DNA of 64,000 nt from Eledone cirrhosa. Lineage: Eukaryota. Position numbers and translations under genes: made by a program. The notes beneath the pieces were generated by a model that did no database searches, was not told where the DNA came from, and saw nothing but the letters and a program-made list of their open reading frames with translations. Location: NCBI GenBank assembly GCA_964016885.1, contig OZ024754.1, forward strand, positions 18,662,001 to 18,726,000. Reading direction: 5' to 3'. Each line of letters opens with the position of its first letter. The stretch's first letter is position 1. Below are positions 43,479 to 56,583 of the stretch, in pieces.

Positions 43479-43545
43479 ATAATTGTTTCTACTTTTGGCA
43501 CAAGGCCAGCAATTATCGCAGTGTATTACTGGTACTTTATTTTTT
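43477..43545 (-). mobile_element. SINE family A 3' fragment
   Basis: aataattgtttctacttttggcacaaggccagcaatt...actggtactttatttt. Confidence 0.8.
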
Positions 43546-44551
43546 ATTCATCCTTAACGGGATCTTCTGAAACTAAAAAAGTTAATCTGTGAACGCAGAA
43601 GTAAATATTTCAAAAAACGTTGCAGCCGAAGGAAGACAAGAAGACGATACTTTGGTTCGTGGAAACGTCCCCTTGAAAAGAACGGAAAAAAACGAAGATA
43701 ATACGTCATTATTTGGTGCAGTGAAAACAATTACACGCAAAGACAAAACCACGTTTATGGTATAACTGAAGTCGTAGACTAAAATTCTATTTAGGAAACC
43801 GAATGATTCTCGGCTTCAGAATTAAGAATAAAGTAAATAAAATACAAAGGTAATTGAAATTAAATATATACATTACAAGCATCCATATACGTACATACAC
43901 AAGCATACGCGAAAACACTCGCCATGGGTATGTAAATACAAGCACGTACACAAAAAAACACAAAAAAACACACACACGCACATACAGAACCCACGCAACG
44001 CCTGTACCGCATACATACGAACGTATACACCAATACACATAAAAATAAATAAAAACATATATATATATATACATGTGTGTGTATACATAATTAAATAAAC
44101 ATATATAAATATACACACATAAATACGTATATAACGCGCGCACACACCCACCCACATGTAAATACACATATGTTCGCGGACGTACGTCAACCAAAACACA
44201 AAGTACACATATACACACACCCTACATACGTACGAACCCGCATACTCACACAAACACAAAACTCCCGTATACACATAACCAAATGCACATGTACCAGTAT
44301 ATATAATATATACGCCAATAACATATACAAGCAAATATACGTACGAGAAAGTATACGTACCTTCACAAAACATACAGGTAATATATGCTTACTTATACGA
44401 ATAAGTAATGGTATTAACATAATATATACTTAGCTACCACAGCAAGACGTAAAATATCCGCGTATAGTTCGTACTATCCGTTAGGGTATAATGTGGGGCT
44501 GTAATACAGAAAGGTTTTGTGCAATTTATGTAACCATTCAGCCACACGCCT

Positions 44552-44661
<110 letters not shown>

Positions 44662-44664
44662 CAC

Positions 44665-44720
<56 letters not shown>

Positions 44721-44727
<7 letters not shown>

Positions 44728-45816
44728 TATAGAGAAAAATACTGCAGGTAGCACATGGTAACATGTAATAAAATACGTCCCTCATCAGTGATTTGCCGAA
44801 GATCATAGATATTTCATTGCATTAAAAATCATATATCTCACTTCGGTGCAATAATAACCAAAATAAGTTATTAGGACAATTAAAACGCGTAAAGCGAGTG
44901 AGACAGGGGAACAACAGAAAAGATAGCATACCGTGGGAGAGAAACAAGCTTCAAAAATTATTCTGTTGGCGTAAGCTAGGTGAATATATGAGCGCTAGGG
45001 AAAGAATAGTCCAGCACGAACGAATGCCATTGAGCAGAGAGAGAAAAAATAGCGTCCGTGAGTGCAGGATGAAATGAAGAGAAGAGGGAGAAAAACAGTG
45101 AGTGAGTGAAAGTGTGAGAAAGAGTTAACGGACAAGACAGAGGGGGAGAAACAGAGAGAATGGGGGAACAGTAAGAGAGAGAGAAAAAACACAGAATCGC
45201 AGTGGTAAATATATGTATTAAAATATAGAGAAAAATACTGCAGGTAGCACATGGTAACATGTAATAAAATACGTCCCTCATCAGTGATTTGCCGAAGATC
45301 ATAGATATTTCATTGCATTAAAAATCATATATCTCACTTCGGTGCAATAATAACCAAAATAAGTTATTAGGACAATTAAAACGCGTAAAGCGAGTGAGAC
45401 AGGGGAACAACAGAAAAGATAGCATACCGTGGGAGAGAAACAAGCTTCAAAAATTATTCTGTTAGCGTATGCTAGGTGAATATATGAGCGCTAGGGAAAG
45501 AATAGTCCAGCACGAACGAATGCCATTGAGCAGAGAGAGAAAAAATAGCGTCCGTGAGTGCAGGATGAAATGAAGAGAAGAGGGAGAAAAACAGTGAGTG
45601 AGTGAAAGTGTGAGGAAGAGTTAACGGACAAGACAGAGGGGGAGAAACAGAGAGAATGGGGGAACAGTAAGGGAGAGAGAAAAAACACAGAATCGCAGTG
45701 GTAAATATATGTATTAAAATATAGAGAAAAATACTGCAGGTAGCACATGGTAACATGTAATAAAATACGTCCCTCATCAGTGATTTGCCGAAGATCATAG
45801 ATATTTCATTGCATTA
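44721..45816 (-). repeat. Tandem array of a 496-bp unit (2.2 near-identical copies)
   Basis: attaaaatatagagaaaaatactgcagg starts at 44721, 45217 and 45713. Confidence 0.93.
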
Positions 45817-45817
45817 T

Positions 45818-46067
<250 letters not shown>

Positions 46068-46111
46068 TTCTACCTGGAGTTGCGACAGATAGATAATATT
46101 AGCAACTGGAA

Positions 46112-46221
46112 AGACCGACGAAAACATTGTTTCTTCGGTCCGATTTGACGCGAGTCGATCGATATATATATATATATATCGATCGACTCTCGCCAAATCG
46201 CACCGAGGAAACAATGTTTTC

Positions 46222-46228
<7 letters not shown>
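46112..46228. repeat. Imperfect hairpin with (TA)n centre (MITE-like or fold-back)
   Basis: agaccgacgaaaacattgtttcttcggtccgatttgacgcgagtcgatcga-(ta)n-tcgatcgactctcgccaaatcgcaccgaggaaacaatgttttcgtcggtct. Confidence 0.85.
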
Positions 46229-46298
<70 letters not shown>

Positions 46299-46466
46299 AA
46301 TATATATATATAAAATTAAATTAAGGGTGTCATGTCTGAGAGACATGCGCCATATCCCTGTGATTGTTTCATATGTTTATATATATATATATATAAATAA
46401 ATTATCGAGAGTCGGAATCTCGGCCCACGAAATAACGAAACACATATATGTCAATCAATTTCTAGT

Positions 46467-46511
<45 letters not shown>

Positions 46512-46529
46512 TATATACATATATATATA

Positions 46530-46589
<60 letters not shown>

Positions 46590-46631
46590 TACATATATAT
46601 ATATATACATATATATATACATATATATATA

Positions 46632-46679
<48 letters not shown>

Positions 46680-46693
46680 AATCAATTTCTAGT

Positions 46694-46744
<51 letters not shown>

Positions 46745-47180
46745 TATATATATATACATATATATATAAATATATATATACGCGCCTCTTCACACACAAA
46801 GGTAAACAAAGACACGCATATTCACACTCGTCACATGTAGACACATTCTCTGTGTTGAGTTTATAAGTCTCCAAATTGGCCAATACAAACACAGATCTAT
46901 TATTTGTATTGATCCTATGCTATTGCATCGATTTCTTTGAGATGTATTTTTAAACTTCTATTTCTCCTCTCCTAAAAAGTCAATTTATCTTTGAAGATCT
47001 GAGTTTGAAAGACAACTTTGCACTGCACGTGCCTACAGTTTTACACCATCCCACCACACACCACACACCACACCGCACCACCAACTTACATACATTCAGA
47101 CACACACGTACACAAGTGCACGCACACATACATACAGGTACAACAGTTCACAGATACACATACATCCAGGTATAGAAGTT

Positions 47181-47248
<68 letters not shown>

Positions 47249-47328
47249 AATAAAGTAAGGAGCGCGGGACTGCGTACGGTTTATAATTGTTTATCCCATT
47301 AGTAAAATAAGTTGGATTACTTTGAATA

Positions 47329-47388
47329 AATAATTGTTTCTACTTTTGGCACAAGGCCAGCAATTACCCAGTACATTACTGGTACTTT
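47329..47388 (-). mobile_element. SINE family A 3' remnant in the left arm
   Basis: aataattgtttctacttttggcacaaggccagcaattacccagtacattactggtacttt. Confidence 0.8.
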
Positions 47389-48066
47389 GAATGAATGTTA
47401 CATAATTTATCTACTAAATTTCGTGGCTGTTCATTAAATATATTTTATTACTTATTTAAAGATTCACTTCTTTAAAATTTTCAAATGTCAACACTTCCCG
47501 TTAGCGATCGTTTAAATAAACATTCATATATTTCTGTCACTAATTTTCTCCTAATGCAGTTTATATATAATATCGTCTTTAATGTATCATGGATTACGTT
47601 ACTGATTACATAAGACAGTGTAACGCAGTCTTCGTTCAATTTCTGTGTATATTGTCAATTATGATTTTATTTGATCATATCTACATGTATATATACTTGC
47701 GTATAATATCAATATACACACTACACATGCTAGCAGATATATAATATCGTCTTTAAAGTATCATGGATTACGTTACTGATTACATAAGACAGTGTAACAC
47801 AGTCTTCGTTCAATTTCTGTGTATATTGTCAATTATGATTTTATTTGATGTATCATATCTACATGTATATATATTTATGTATAATATCTACATGCATATA
47901 TACTTGTGTATAATATCAATATACACACTACATATGCTAGCAGAAAACCACCCGAAGAGTGGTTTTTCTGCTAGTATAATATAATAATACGATGACGATT
48001 TGTTAAGCCTTCATTACGTTTATTGACTGGTGACACATGTTTCACTATCGATCAGCTTAAGATTCG

Positions 48067-48123
48067 ATCTGTATCGATCTGGCCCGACTCTGGAATCCAG
48101 AGTTGGGCCAGATCGATACAGAT
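48067..48123. repeat. 28-bp-arm palindrome
   Basis: atctgtatcgatctggcccgactctgga-a-tccagagttgggccagatcgatacagat, with one G-T pair. Confidence 0.9.
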
Positions 48124-48639
48124 TAATCCAAATTAATCCTTAAAAAGACGGTTAAAACAAAAATAAAGGGAAGTAATTCATGTAAGACATTCTATATATT
48201 AGAGAGTTACTATATATTTAGTAAGGATGTATGGGTATCGAATTAAAAATATATTTTAGGGCTAATGATTGCAAAACTAAAGAACTTTAAAAGAATAATA
48301 AATTTATAAAATGCAGAGGAAAATGATCTATGGATAAAGAGTTATACCACTTAATTATTCTAGTATTGAATAGTTAATATTAAATAAAAATAAGAATAAA
48401 GGATAAGGTAATGGTTGTTATATATATTATTAGCAAAAACAAATATGAGACTTGTGTGGAAATGGTTATATTAAATTGTAATGGCAATAGAAGGGATCAG
48501 AGAGGGGATGTGAAGAATGCTAGATACTACATAGTAGTTAAACATATTTATAAACTTATAGGTTTAAATGTGCAATTAAATAATGATTATATAGTGGTAC
48601 TGAAAAAAATAAGGTATAAATCTACATTGATATGAATTA

Positions 48640-50054
48640 GTTAATATGTCTAAAATAATGAAAAGAATGGAGATTAATATGAGAACAAGTGGAAAAAATA
48701 TCAGATTTCCTATTTAATAAATCTAGTTTAGAGTAAATAATTGTTTCTACTTTAGGCACAAGGCCAGCAATTATCCAGTGCATTACTGGTACTTTATTTT
48801 ATCGACCCCGTAAGGATGAAAGGCAAAGTCAACCTCGGCGGGATTTGAACTCAGATCATAAAGGGATGTAACTATGCTGGAAAGCATGGCGTCCGACCCT
48901 CTACCGATACTGCCAATCCACCGCCCTAGTTTAGAGTAAATAATGATATGAGACTCAAGGAGGCAAATGTTACAAATTTTATTGGGAGGTTTATAAGATG
49001 AAGTTTTGGCAATTACCTTCCAGGTCAGGGTGTTAGGTGTATTATTATTCTTAAAAAAATGATATAAAACTAGATAATGAAGTCACATGCTTAAGCTTAG
49101 AGTTTTAGAAAGTATGGATATGGGAATTATACCTCGTCTTAAAACTATTCGAAGTAGAACCAATATAGGTTTTGGAGCTGATGGAAGAGGTGACAGTACA
49201 AGAATAAATAATATTCTTAACAAGGCAATTTCCATTAAGAGGGAATACATTATTAAGTCTACAATTACAGTTATGGTTATTGATTAAGCAGTTTTGTGGG
49301 TAAAGGTTTGAAGAGTTATTAGAATTAGATATATGAGTGCTGCAATTGCTATTAATATTCCTACAAGTCCTAGATATTAATGTATTATGAGAGTGGTTAC
49401 TAGTATTATTAGGTACAATATTGTTAAGCGTATCTATTGGTTGTGAATTGTTATTTAAGTTGTAAGAAGTAAAATATTTATTAATTTTCCTTTTATTACT
49501 ACGCACTATGTGATTAACAATGTTAGGTGTGGTTGAATAAGAGATTTTAATGGCGTTTTTATTAATTAAATTATGGTATTTGTGATTAAGTGGGAAACAC
49601 TCTAGGTATATTAGTAGATACATTTGAGTTGAAAGGTTGATTAAAATACGAATTAAGCCTTCTATTATTTTTATTTTTGTTATTAATTAGTGTATCCTTA
49701 AAGTGATTAGGATTAAAATTTTTTGATTATTACCTTCAGTTTTATGTTTAGTATTATAGATGTTAGGTTTAGTGTTATTACTATGCTTTTCATTCACAAT
49801 ATCTTTCTTGTCATTAAGATGTTTTTGTTATAGAGAAAATGGCCATTAATTCTAGGATGAATTGTAGAAGGGTGCGTGTCATTATTTAATCTACTGTTTC
49901 CATTAATTATAACTTTATTAGTTTGTATATTTCTAGGTTTTTTCATAGCCATATTATGTGGAATAATATGAGGTTATTTATTGTAGTAAGCAAAAGAGTT
50001 TTTAGGCATAAACTTATTTTTATAGCCAGAACGTGATAAAGCTTCATTATAATA
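48640..50054 (-). pseudogene. 5'-truncated AT-rich PLE fragment (GIY-YIG region), interrupted by a SINE
   Basis: YYNEALSRSGYKNK, FPLNHKYHNLINKNAIKISYSTTPN, CNCRLNNVFPLNGNCLVKNIIYSCTV, YIGSTSNSFKTRYNSHIHTF, LNRKSDIFSTC. Paralogous to 38620-39879. Confidence 0.88.
48742..48925 (-). mobile_element. Full-length SINE family A with about 19-bp TSD, nested in the PLE
   Basis: ctagtttagagtaaataat occurs at 48723-48741 and 48926-48944. A and B boxes intact. Confidence 0.92.
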
Positions 50055-50520
50055 ACTAGCAGAAAAACCACCCTTCGGGTGGTTTTCTGCTAGCATGTGT
50101 AGTGTGTATATTGATATTATACGCAAGTATATATATATATATACATGTAGATATGATACATCAAATAAAATCGTAATTGACAATATAAACAGAAATTGAA
50201 CGAAGACGTTGTTACACTGTCTTATGTAATCAGTAACGTAATCCATGATACATTAAAAAAGACGATATTATATATAAACTGCATTAGGAGAAAATTAGTA
50301 TGTTTATTTAAGTGATCGCCACCGGAAGTGTTGACATCACACACTCTCTCTTTCTATATATATGGTAGTTGAAGTGGTGGTGGTGGTGGCAACGATATAC
50401 CGGAAGTGCAACTTTGAAAAGAAGTCAATTTTAAATTATTTATCTTTACGAAATTTATTTTTGTTTACAAAATTTAGTAGATAAATTATGTAATATTCAT
50501 TCATTATTTATTCAAAGTAA

Positions 50521-50711
50521 AGCGGTGAATTGGCAGTATCGGTAGAGAGTTGGACGCCATGTTTTGCAGCAAAGAGTTACGGCCCTTTATGGTCTGAGTT
50601 CAAATCCCGCCGAGGTTAACTTTGCCTTTTATCCTTACGGGGTCGATAAAATAAAGTACCAGTAATACACTGGGATAATTGCTGGCCTTGTGCCTAAACT
50701 AGAAACAATTA
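50521..50711 (+). mobile_element. Full-length SINE family A with TSD
   Basis: gcggtgaattggcagtatcggtagagag...ctgagttcaaatcccgccgagg...agaaacaatt. tttattcaaagtaa occurs on both sides (50507-50520 and 50712-50725). Confidence 0.9.
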
Positions 50712-50896
50712 TTTATTCAAAGTAATCCAACTTATTTTACTAACGGGATAAGAATAAACCGTACGCAGTCCCGCAGACCTTCCTTTATTATAGTTTAGAT
50801 GAGCATTTTGGTTAAATATAGATTCATTACAGGATAAATTACTAATTCTATTAGATACACGTTTAATAATTACATTTAAGACACATTTATGGGGCT

Positions 50897-52065
50897 GTGT
50901 AGTGTGTGTGGAGAGGCAGTGTATTGTGTGTGGAGAGACAGTGTAGTGTGTAGAGAAGCAGTGTAATGTATGTAATGAGACAGTGTAGTGTATAGAGAGA
51001 CGGTTAAATATGTAGGGAGACAGTGTAGTGTGTAGAGAGACAGTGTAGTGCGTAGAGAGACAGTGTAGTGTTTAGAGAGACAGTGTAGTGTGTAGAGAGA
51101 CAGTGTAGTGTGTAGGGAGGCAGCGTAGTGTGTAGAGAGACAGTGTAGTGTGTAGAGAGACAGTGTAGTGTGTAGAGAGACAGTGTAGTTTTTAGAGAGA
51201 CAGTGTAGTTTATGTGGAGAGACATTGTCCCTCTACACACTACACTGCCTCTCCTACACACTACACTGTCTCTCTACACACTACACTATCTATCTACACA
51301 CTACACTGTCTCTCTACACACTACACCGTCTCTCTACACATTACACTGTTTCTCTCTACACACTATATTGTCTCTCTACACTCAACACTGTCTCTCTCTA
51401 CACACTATACTGTCTCTCTACACACTACACTCTCTCTCTCTACACACTACACTCTCTCTCTACACATTACACTGTCTCTCTCTACACGCTATACTGTCAC
51501 TCTACACATTACACTGTCTCTCTATACACACTACACTGTTTCTCTCTACACACTACACTACACCGTCTCTCTACACACTACACTCGCTTTCTACACAGAG
51601 CACGCTGTCTCTCTACATACACAACCCTGTCTCCTTTAACACTACACCGTCTCTCTACACTCTACACTCTCTCTCTACATTCTACACTGTCTCTCTACAC
51701 ATTGTACTGTCTCTCTACACACACTACACTGTCTCTCTACAAGCTACATGGCCTCTCTGCAGACTACACTGCCTCTCTACATTCTACACTGCCTCTCTAC
51801 ACACTACAATGTCTCTCTACATAAACAACACTGTCTCTCTACATAAAATACACTGTCTCTCTACATACACTACAATGTCTCTCTACATATACAACACTGT
51901 TTCTCTACATAAAATACACTGTCTCTCTACATACACTACAATGTCTCCATACATACACTACACTGTCTCTCTACATAAAATACACTGTCTCTCTACATAC
52001 ACTACAATATCTCCATACATACACTACACTGTCTCTCTACATAAAATACACTGTCTCTCTATACA
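50897..52065. repeat. About 20-22-bp minisatellite ctacacactacactgtctct, with an orientation switch at about 51225 and a 66-bp higher-order unit at the right end
   Basis: 50897-51224 reads tgtagagagacagtgtagtg, and 51225 onward reads its reverse complement. cataaaatacac occurs at 51842, 51908, 51974 and 52040. Confidence 0.92.
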
Positions 52066-52391
52066 ATGATCCGATATGGATGTTTCTGTCACTTGGAGAG
52101 GTTTCTATGAAATAAAACAAATCATGAATATGTGGATTAGGGAGAGATTGATAAATACATAAATATATATGAAACAATGGTAGATAAATGGTTAGATAAC
52201 TCTCTCTGCCTCTCTCTCTCTCTCTCTCTCTCTCCCTCCCCCTCTCTCTCTCTCCCTCCCTCTCTCTCTCTCTCTCTCTCTCTTTCTACCATCTTTCTAT
52301 GTATATATGAATGCAGACACACACACACATATATACATTACTCTGAGTTTTAGATAAGTAGTAAGTAATCGATTATATATATTTATACACT

Positions 52392-52460
<69 letters not shown>

Positions 52461-52729
52461 TAATAAAAACAATGAAATAAAAACAAAGAACAAGTTCCTT
52501 ATATTAAAAAATTCATCATTTTACGATCGTTTCTAGGATGTGTTGGTATGTATAATATATATATTTGAAAAAAGGAAAAGAATGACTTCACTTATAGTTC
52601 TAAACAATTTGATTTAATTTTATAATATTATAAATTTACAATTTAGTGTTGTAGATCTAGATCTACAAGTGAAGTCATTCTTTTCCTTTTTTCAAATATA
52701 CCTAACTGTCCCAAGGATTTCACACATTT

Positions 52730-52793
<64 letters not shown>

Positions 52794-52829
52794 ACACATA
52801 CATATGTATGTATGTATGTATGTATGTTA

Positions 52830-54915
52830 CCAAAAAGAAGAGCAAGTCAACATCATTGGATACCATCGGAGTTGTAGGTGTTGTATCAGAGTTTTCCTTC
52901 TCCTAGAATTCTGCCTTGACAAAGGCTAAGGGGTCATCTCTCCCGGTGATTTTGGATGGTCATTGACTCTTAAGAGCTCCTTTGCCCTTTGACAGGTTTT
53001 GTTTTTAGTCCTGCAGGATGTCCAAAGTCACCCTCCTCACCAAGAAACCTTGGTGGGGTTGCCAGTTTAGTCGCCAACGACCCGACCATGAGACAGGTTG
53101 TACTGGGATACATGTTACCAGTAGCACCAACTGGTGACCTGACATATCATCTTGGTTAAGAGAGTGGGACTGGCTTTGTGCAGTGCCTTTGCTCACTATA
53201 AAAGCTTCACGACACAGGTATTGCTTTATATCTGGTGATCTCTCTGCACTTGTGGAACTCTGGCTGGCCGCAGCCTAAAAAAGTCAAACTGCATTACAAT
53301 GAAGGTACCCAACACAATTGAAGTAAATGGCAATAAAGGCTCTGGACCAGCATCATGTGAAAGGGTCTAGCCCGGCAGGTGTCCCAGAGCGCCGCAGTCT
53401 GGGCCCGGTCATCGTCGGTCTACTGTGTGCAAACCATTCAATTTTGGGTGATGGAATGTGCGTACTTTGCTTGATATTGAAACAAATGTACAGCGACCTG
53501 AAAGAAAATCGGCATTGGTTGCCAAGGAGCTCAGGCGTTATGATATGGATATTGTGGCCCTCTCAGAAACTCGATTTCATGGTGAGGGCCATTTCACAGA
53601 GAAATCCGGTGGATATACGTTTTTCTGGAGGGGAAGGAAGGAGGGGAGGAGGGAAGCTGGTGTCGCTTTTGCCATAAAAAACAGTTATAACAGACCATCT
53701 TCAGGAACTGCCGACAGGCGTTAGTGACAGACTGATCACTGTGAGAGTTCTTCTAGAGGGTGGAAGATTTGCAACCGTGATTGGTGCTTATGCACCAACT
53801 ATGGAATGCATTGATGAAGCAAAGCAGGCTTTTCATGACGAATTAAGGTCTCTTGTCTGGAAAGTGCCTGCAGCAGACAACATTTTCATTCTTGTAGATT
53901 TTAATGCTCGCGTGGGCCGTGATTGTGAGATCTGGAGAGCTCTGGGCAAGCATGGGGTCGGAAAGTGCAATGGCAATGGACTCTTGTTATTGCAAATGTG
54001 CACTGAGCTGGACTTGTTCATTGGCAGCCCTATGTTCCAACAGAAGGACAAATACAAGACAACATGGATGCATCCTGGATCGAAACAGTGGCACCTGATT
54101 GATTATCTACTTGTGAGGTGGCGGGATGTACAGGATCTGTGCAGTGTTCGTGTGATGCATGGAGCAGAGTGTTGGACCGATCATCGTCTGGTGAGAGCAA
54201 GAGCAAGATGTGTAGTTCGTAAAAGGGAGAAACGGCGAGGGGTATCACTTCCGAAACGGCTGAACGTTGCCCGTCTGAAGGATGGATCCTGAAGTCAGAG
54301 AAAATCTGGTTAAAAAGATGAATGCGTTAGAGTGCGGAAATGACTGGACTTCCTTTAAGGAGGCAGTTTATGGGGAATGTGCTGATGTTTTTGGATTCAC
54401 GGATAAGAAGCATCAGGATTGGTTTGACCAAAATGACAAGCTTATAGACAAGCTTTTGGAGGAGAAACATATGCTCCACTCCGCATTGCTTAGAAGTGAG
54501 TTAAGCACCGATCGGCAGAAGGCAATAGCTGATAAGCTGAAGCTCGTAAAAGCTGATGTGCAACGAAAATTGCGTGAAATGAAGAATAAGTGATGGAATG
54601 ACAAAGCCGATGAAATACAACTTGCGTCGGATGTGAAGGACGTTAAGGCAATGAATAATCTTCTTCGTGAAGTGTATGGACCACCTATATCACCAGTTGC
54701 GCCTCTTAAGACAAAGGATGGCAATCAGCTCCTTAGAGATCCCAATGATATCCTGTTGAGATGGCGGGAACATTTTGACGAGCTTCTCAATAGGGATTCA
54801 GAGGTTGACGAAGGTTTATCAGGTCCATACCTGATAAGCCAGTAAAGGAAATCCTTGCTGAGACTCCAACGATCGAGGAGGTTAAAAGTGCTGTCTGGAA
54901 ACTCAATTCTGTCTG
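52830..54915 (+). mobile_element. RTE-clade non-LTR retrotransposon 5' fragment (5' UTR, APE endonuclease, linker; RT missing), pseudogenised
   Basis: (W)NVRTLLD..RPERKSALVAKELRRYDMDIVALSETRFHGEG, VIGAYAPT, LVDFNARVG, TTWMHPGSKQWHLIDY, ECWTDHRLV, KKHQDWFDQND, ILLRWREHFDELLN. Frameshifts and stops. Truncated at about 54915. Confidence 0.9.
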
Positions 54916-54917
54916 GA

Positions 54918-55602
54918 AACTGATTATACAGAGCGGTTGCTGGTCAGGCAGAAATTAAAAATTAGAATTGGAGCTCTGAAATATATATGAATGTATATAT
55001 AGTGTATTTTGCAATACACTTTATGCTTAATTAAAAGCATTTTGAAGAGTGACAGACTCACTTACTTTAATCTCAGCAAACAGGAGGAGATAAAGCCGAC
55101 AAGGCCTTGTTTCTGCATTTTTTTATGCTTATCAAAGCTAACTACTCCTTCCCGTCTACTGAGATCACTGATGTTATATTCTTATAGAATTCTAGTAAAT
55201 AATCAGGAACTGATTATACAGAGCGGCTGCCGGTCAGGCAGAAATTAAAAATTAGAATTGGAGCTCTGAAATAGCCATATATATATGAATGTATATATAA
55301 TGTATTTTGCAATACACTTTATGCTGATTATTTACTAGAATTCTATAAGAATATAACATCAGTGATCTCAGTAGACGGGAAGGAGTAGTTAGCCTTGATA
55401 AGCATAAAAAAATGCAGAAACAAAGCCTTGTCGGCTTTATCTCCCCCTGTTTGCTGAGATTAAAGTAAGTGAGTCTGTCACTACTCTAAAACAATAGCAT
55501 ACGGTCTTCAAAATGCTTTTAATTAAGCATAAAGTGTATTGCAAAATACACTTTATATACATTCATATATATATGGCTATTTCAGAGCTCCAATTCTAAT
55601 TT
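54918..55602. repeat. About 290-bp tandem partial duplication followed by an inverted copy
   Basis: aactgattatacagagcgg at 54918 and 55208. 55325-55602 is the reverse complement of the unit (aaattagaattggagctctgaaata...ttctagtaaataatcag). Confidence 0.85.
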
Positions 55603-55618
55603 ATATATATATATATAT

Positions 55619-56583
55619 AAACTAAATGAGAACTTGAATTATGTTAATTTTAACTCTAATCACCCCAGATCTGTTAAAAATACTATAGTGAACTCTGTTC
55701 AAGAAAGAATTTCAAGAATTTCATCTAATAAAATTACATTTGATGAAAAAGCGCAGTACTACAACGAAGCGTTAGGTAAAGCTGGATATAGAAATAAAAT
55801 TAAATACATTGATAATAATAATAATAAGCAAACTAACCAAAATAATATCAATTTTAATTATGGTAACAACTTTAACAACTATAATAGAAAACATTACAAT
55901 AATTCCAAAAGCCGAAAAAGAAATAGAACTAGAAATATATTATGGTTTGCTCCCCCTTTCTCACTAAATATTAAAACCCCTATTGCTAAACTATTCTTTA
56001 AAGCTCTTGACAAACGCTTCCCTAGAACACATAAATATTACTCAATTTTTAATAGACACACTATAAAATTAACTTACTCGTCCACCAAAAATTTAGCACA
56101 AAATATTAATAGAATTAATAATAGAAATTTAAAACCTAACCAAAATACCAATAATAACCCAAGCAATATTCAATTGAATAACTGTAACTGTAGAAATAAA
56201 TCTAACTGTCCGTTAAATAACAACTGCTTAGCTAAAAATGTAGTGTACAATTGTAATGTTAAAACTAATTTAAATTCATTTAACTATGTTGGTTCTACCT
56301 CTACAGAATTTAAATTTCGCTTCAATAATCATAAAAATTCTTTCACAGATCCAAACAAAAAAAATCTTCAACTTCGCTATCTAGCCTACTATGGGACCTA
56401 AAACGAGATAATGTTAAATATTCGATGACTTGGAATATTATTTCAAAAGCTACTCCTCTTCAGAAAATTGTGATCTTTGTATTGAAGAAATATTCTTTAT
56501 ATTAAAGTCCAAAAATTCCCTTAATTTAAGGAACAATTTATTCAGTTGCTGCAGACATAGATTGAACTCAACGTTTAAATATA
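55619..56583 (+). pseudogene. 5'-truncated AT-rich PLE fragment (RT thumb, linker, GIY-YIG)
   Basis: LNYVNFNSNHPRSVK, YYNEALGKAGY, ILWFAPPFS, IFNRHTIKLTYS, CNCRNKSNCPLNNNCLAKNVVYNCNV, YVGSTSTEFKFRFNNHKNSF, then CDLCIEE after a frameshift. Confidence 0.9.

Larger units (their letters stand above)
47241..50797. repeat. Large inverted duplication: arms about 47241-47974 and 50055-50797 enclosing a PLE fragment
   Basis: taaactataataaag...cgggactgcgtacggttt versus aaaccgtacgcagtcccg...ctttattatagttta. catggattacgttactgattacataagacagtgtaac is present in both arms in opposite orientation. Confidence 0.9.

Noticed and set aside
46446-46700. Direct repeat atgtcaatcaatttctagttga flanking (TA)n as a TSD
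   Set aside because: The intervening sequence is only microsatellite, so a local tandem duplication is a better explanation.
48025-48060. Minus-strand GAAACATGTGTC hammerhead 3' half (similar halves at 52521-52535 and 46437-46452)
   Set aside because: No CUGANGA box or stem I partner upstream. At best truncated remnants, so not called as ribozymes.
51004-52069. LYTLHCLS-repeat ORFs
   Set aside because: Translation of a 20-bp minisatellite.
55208-55280. CTGATTA...cagagc/gctct-GAAA as a hammerhead
   Set aside because: G8 is lost without a compensating change at position 3, and no stem I or III was found.
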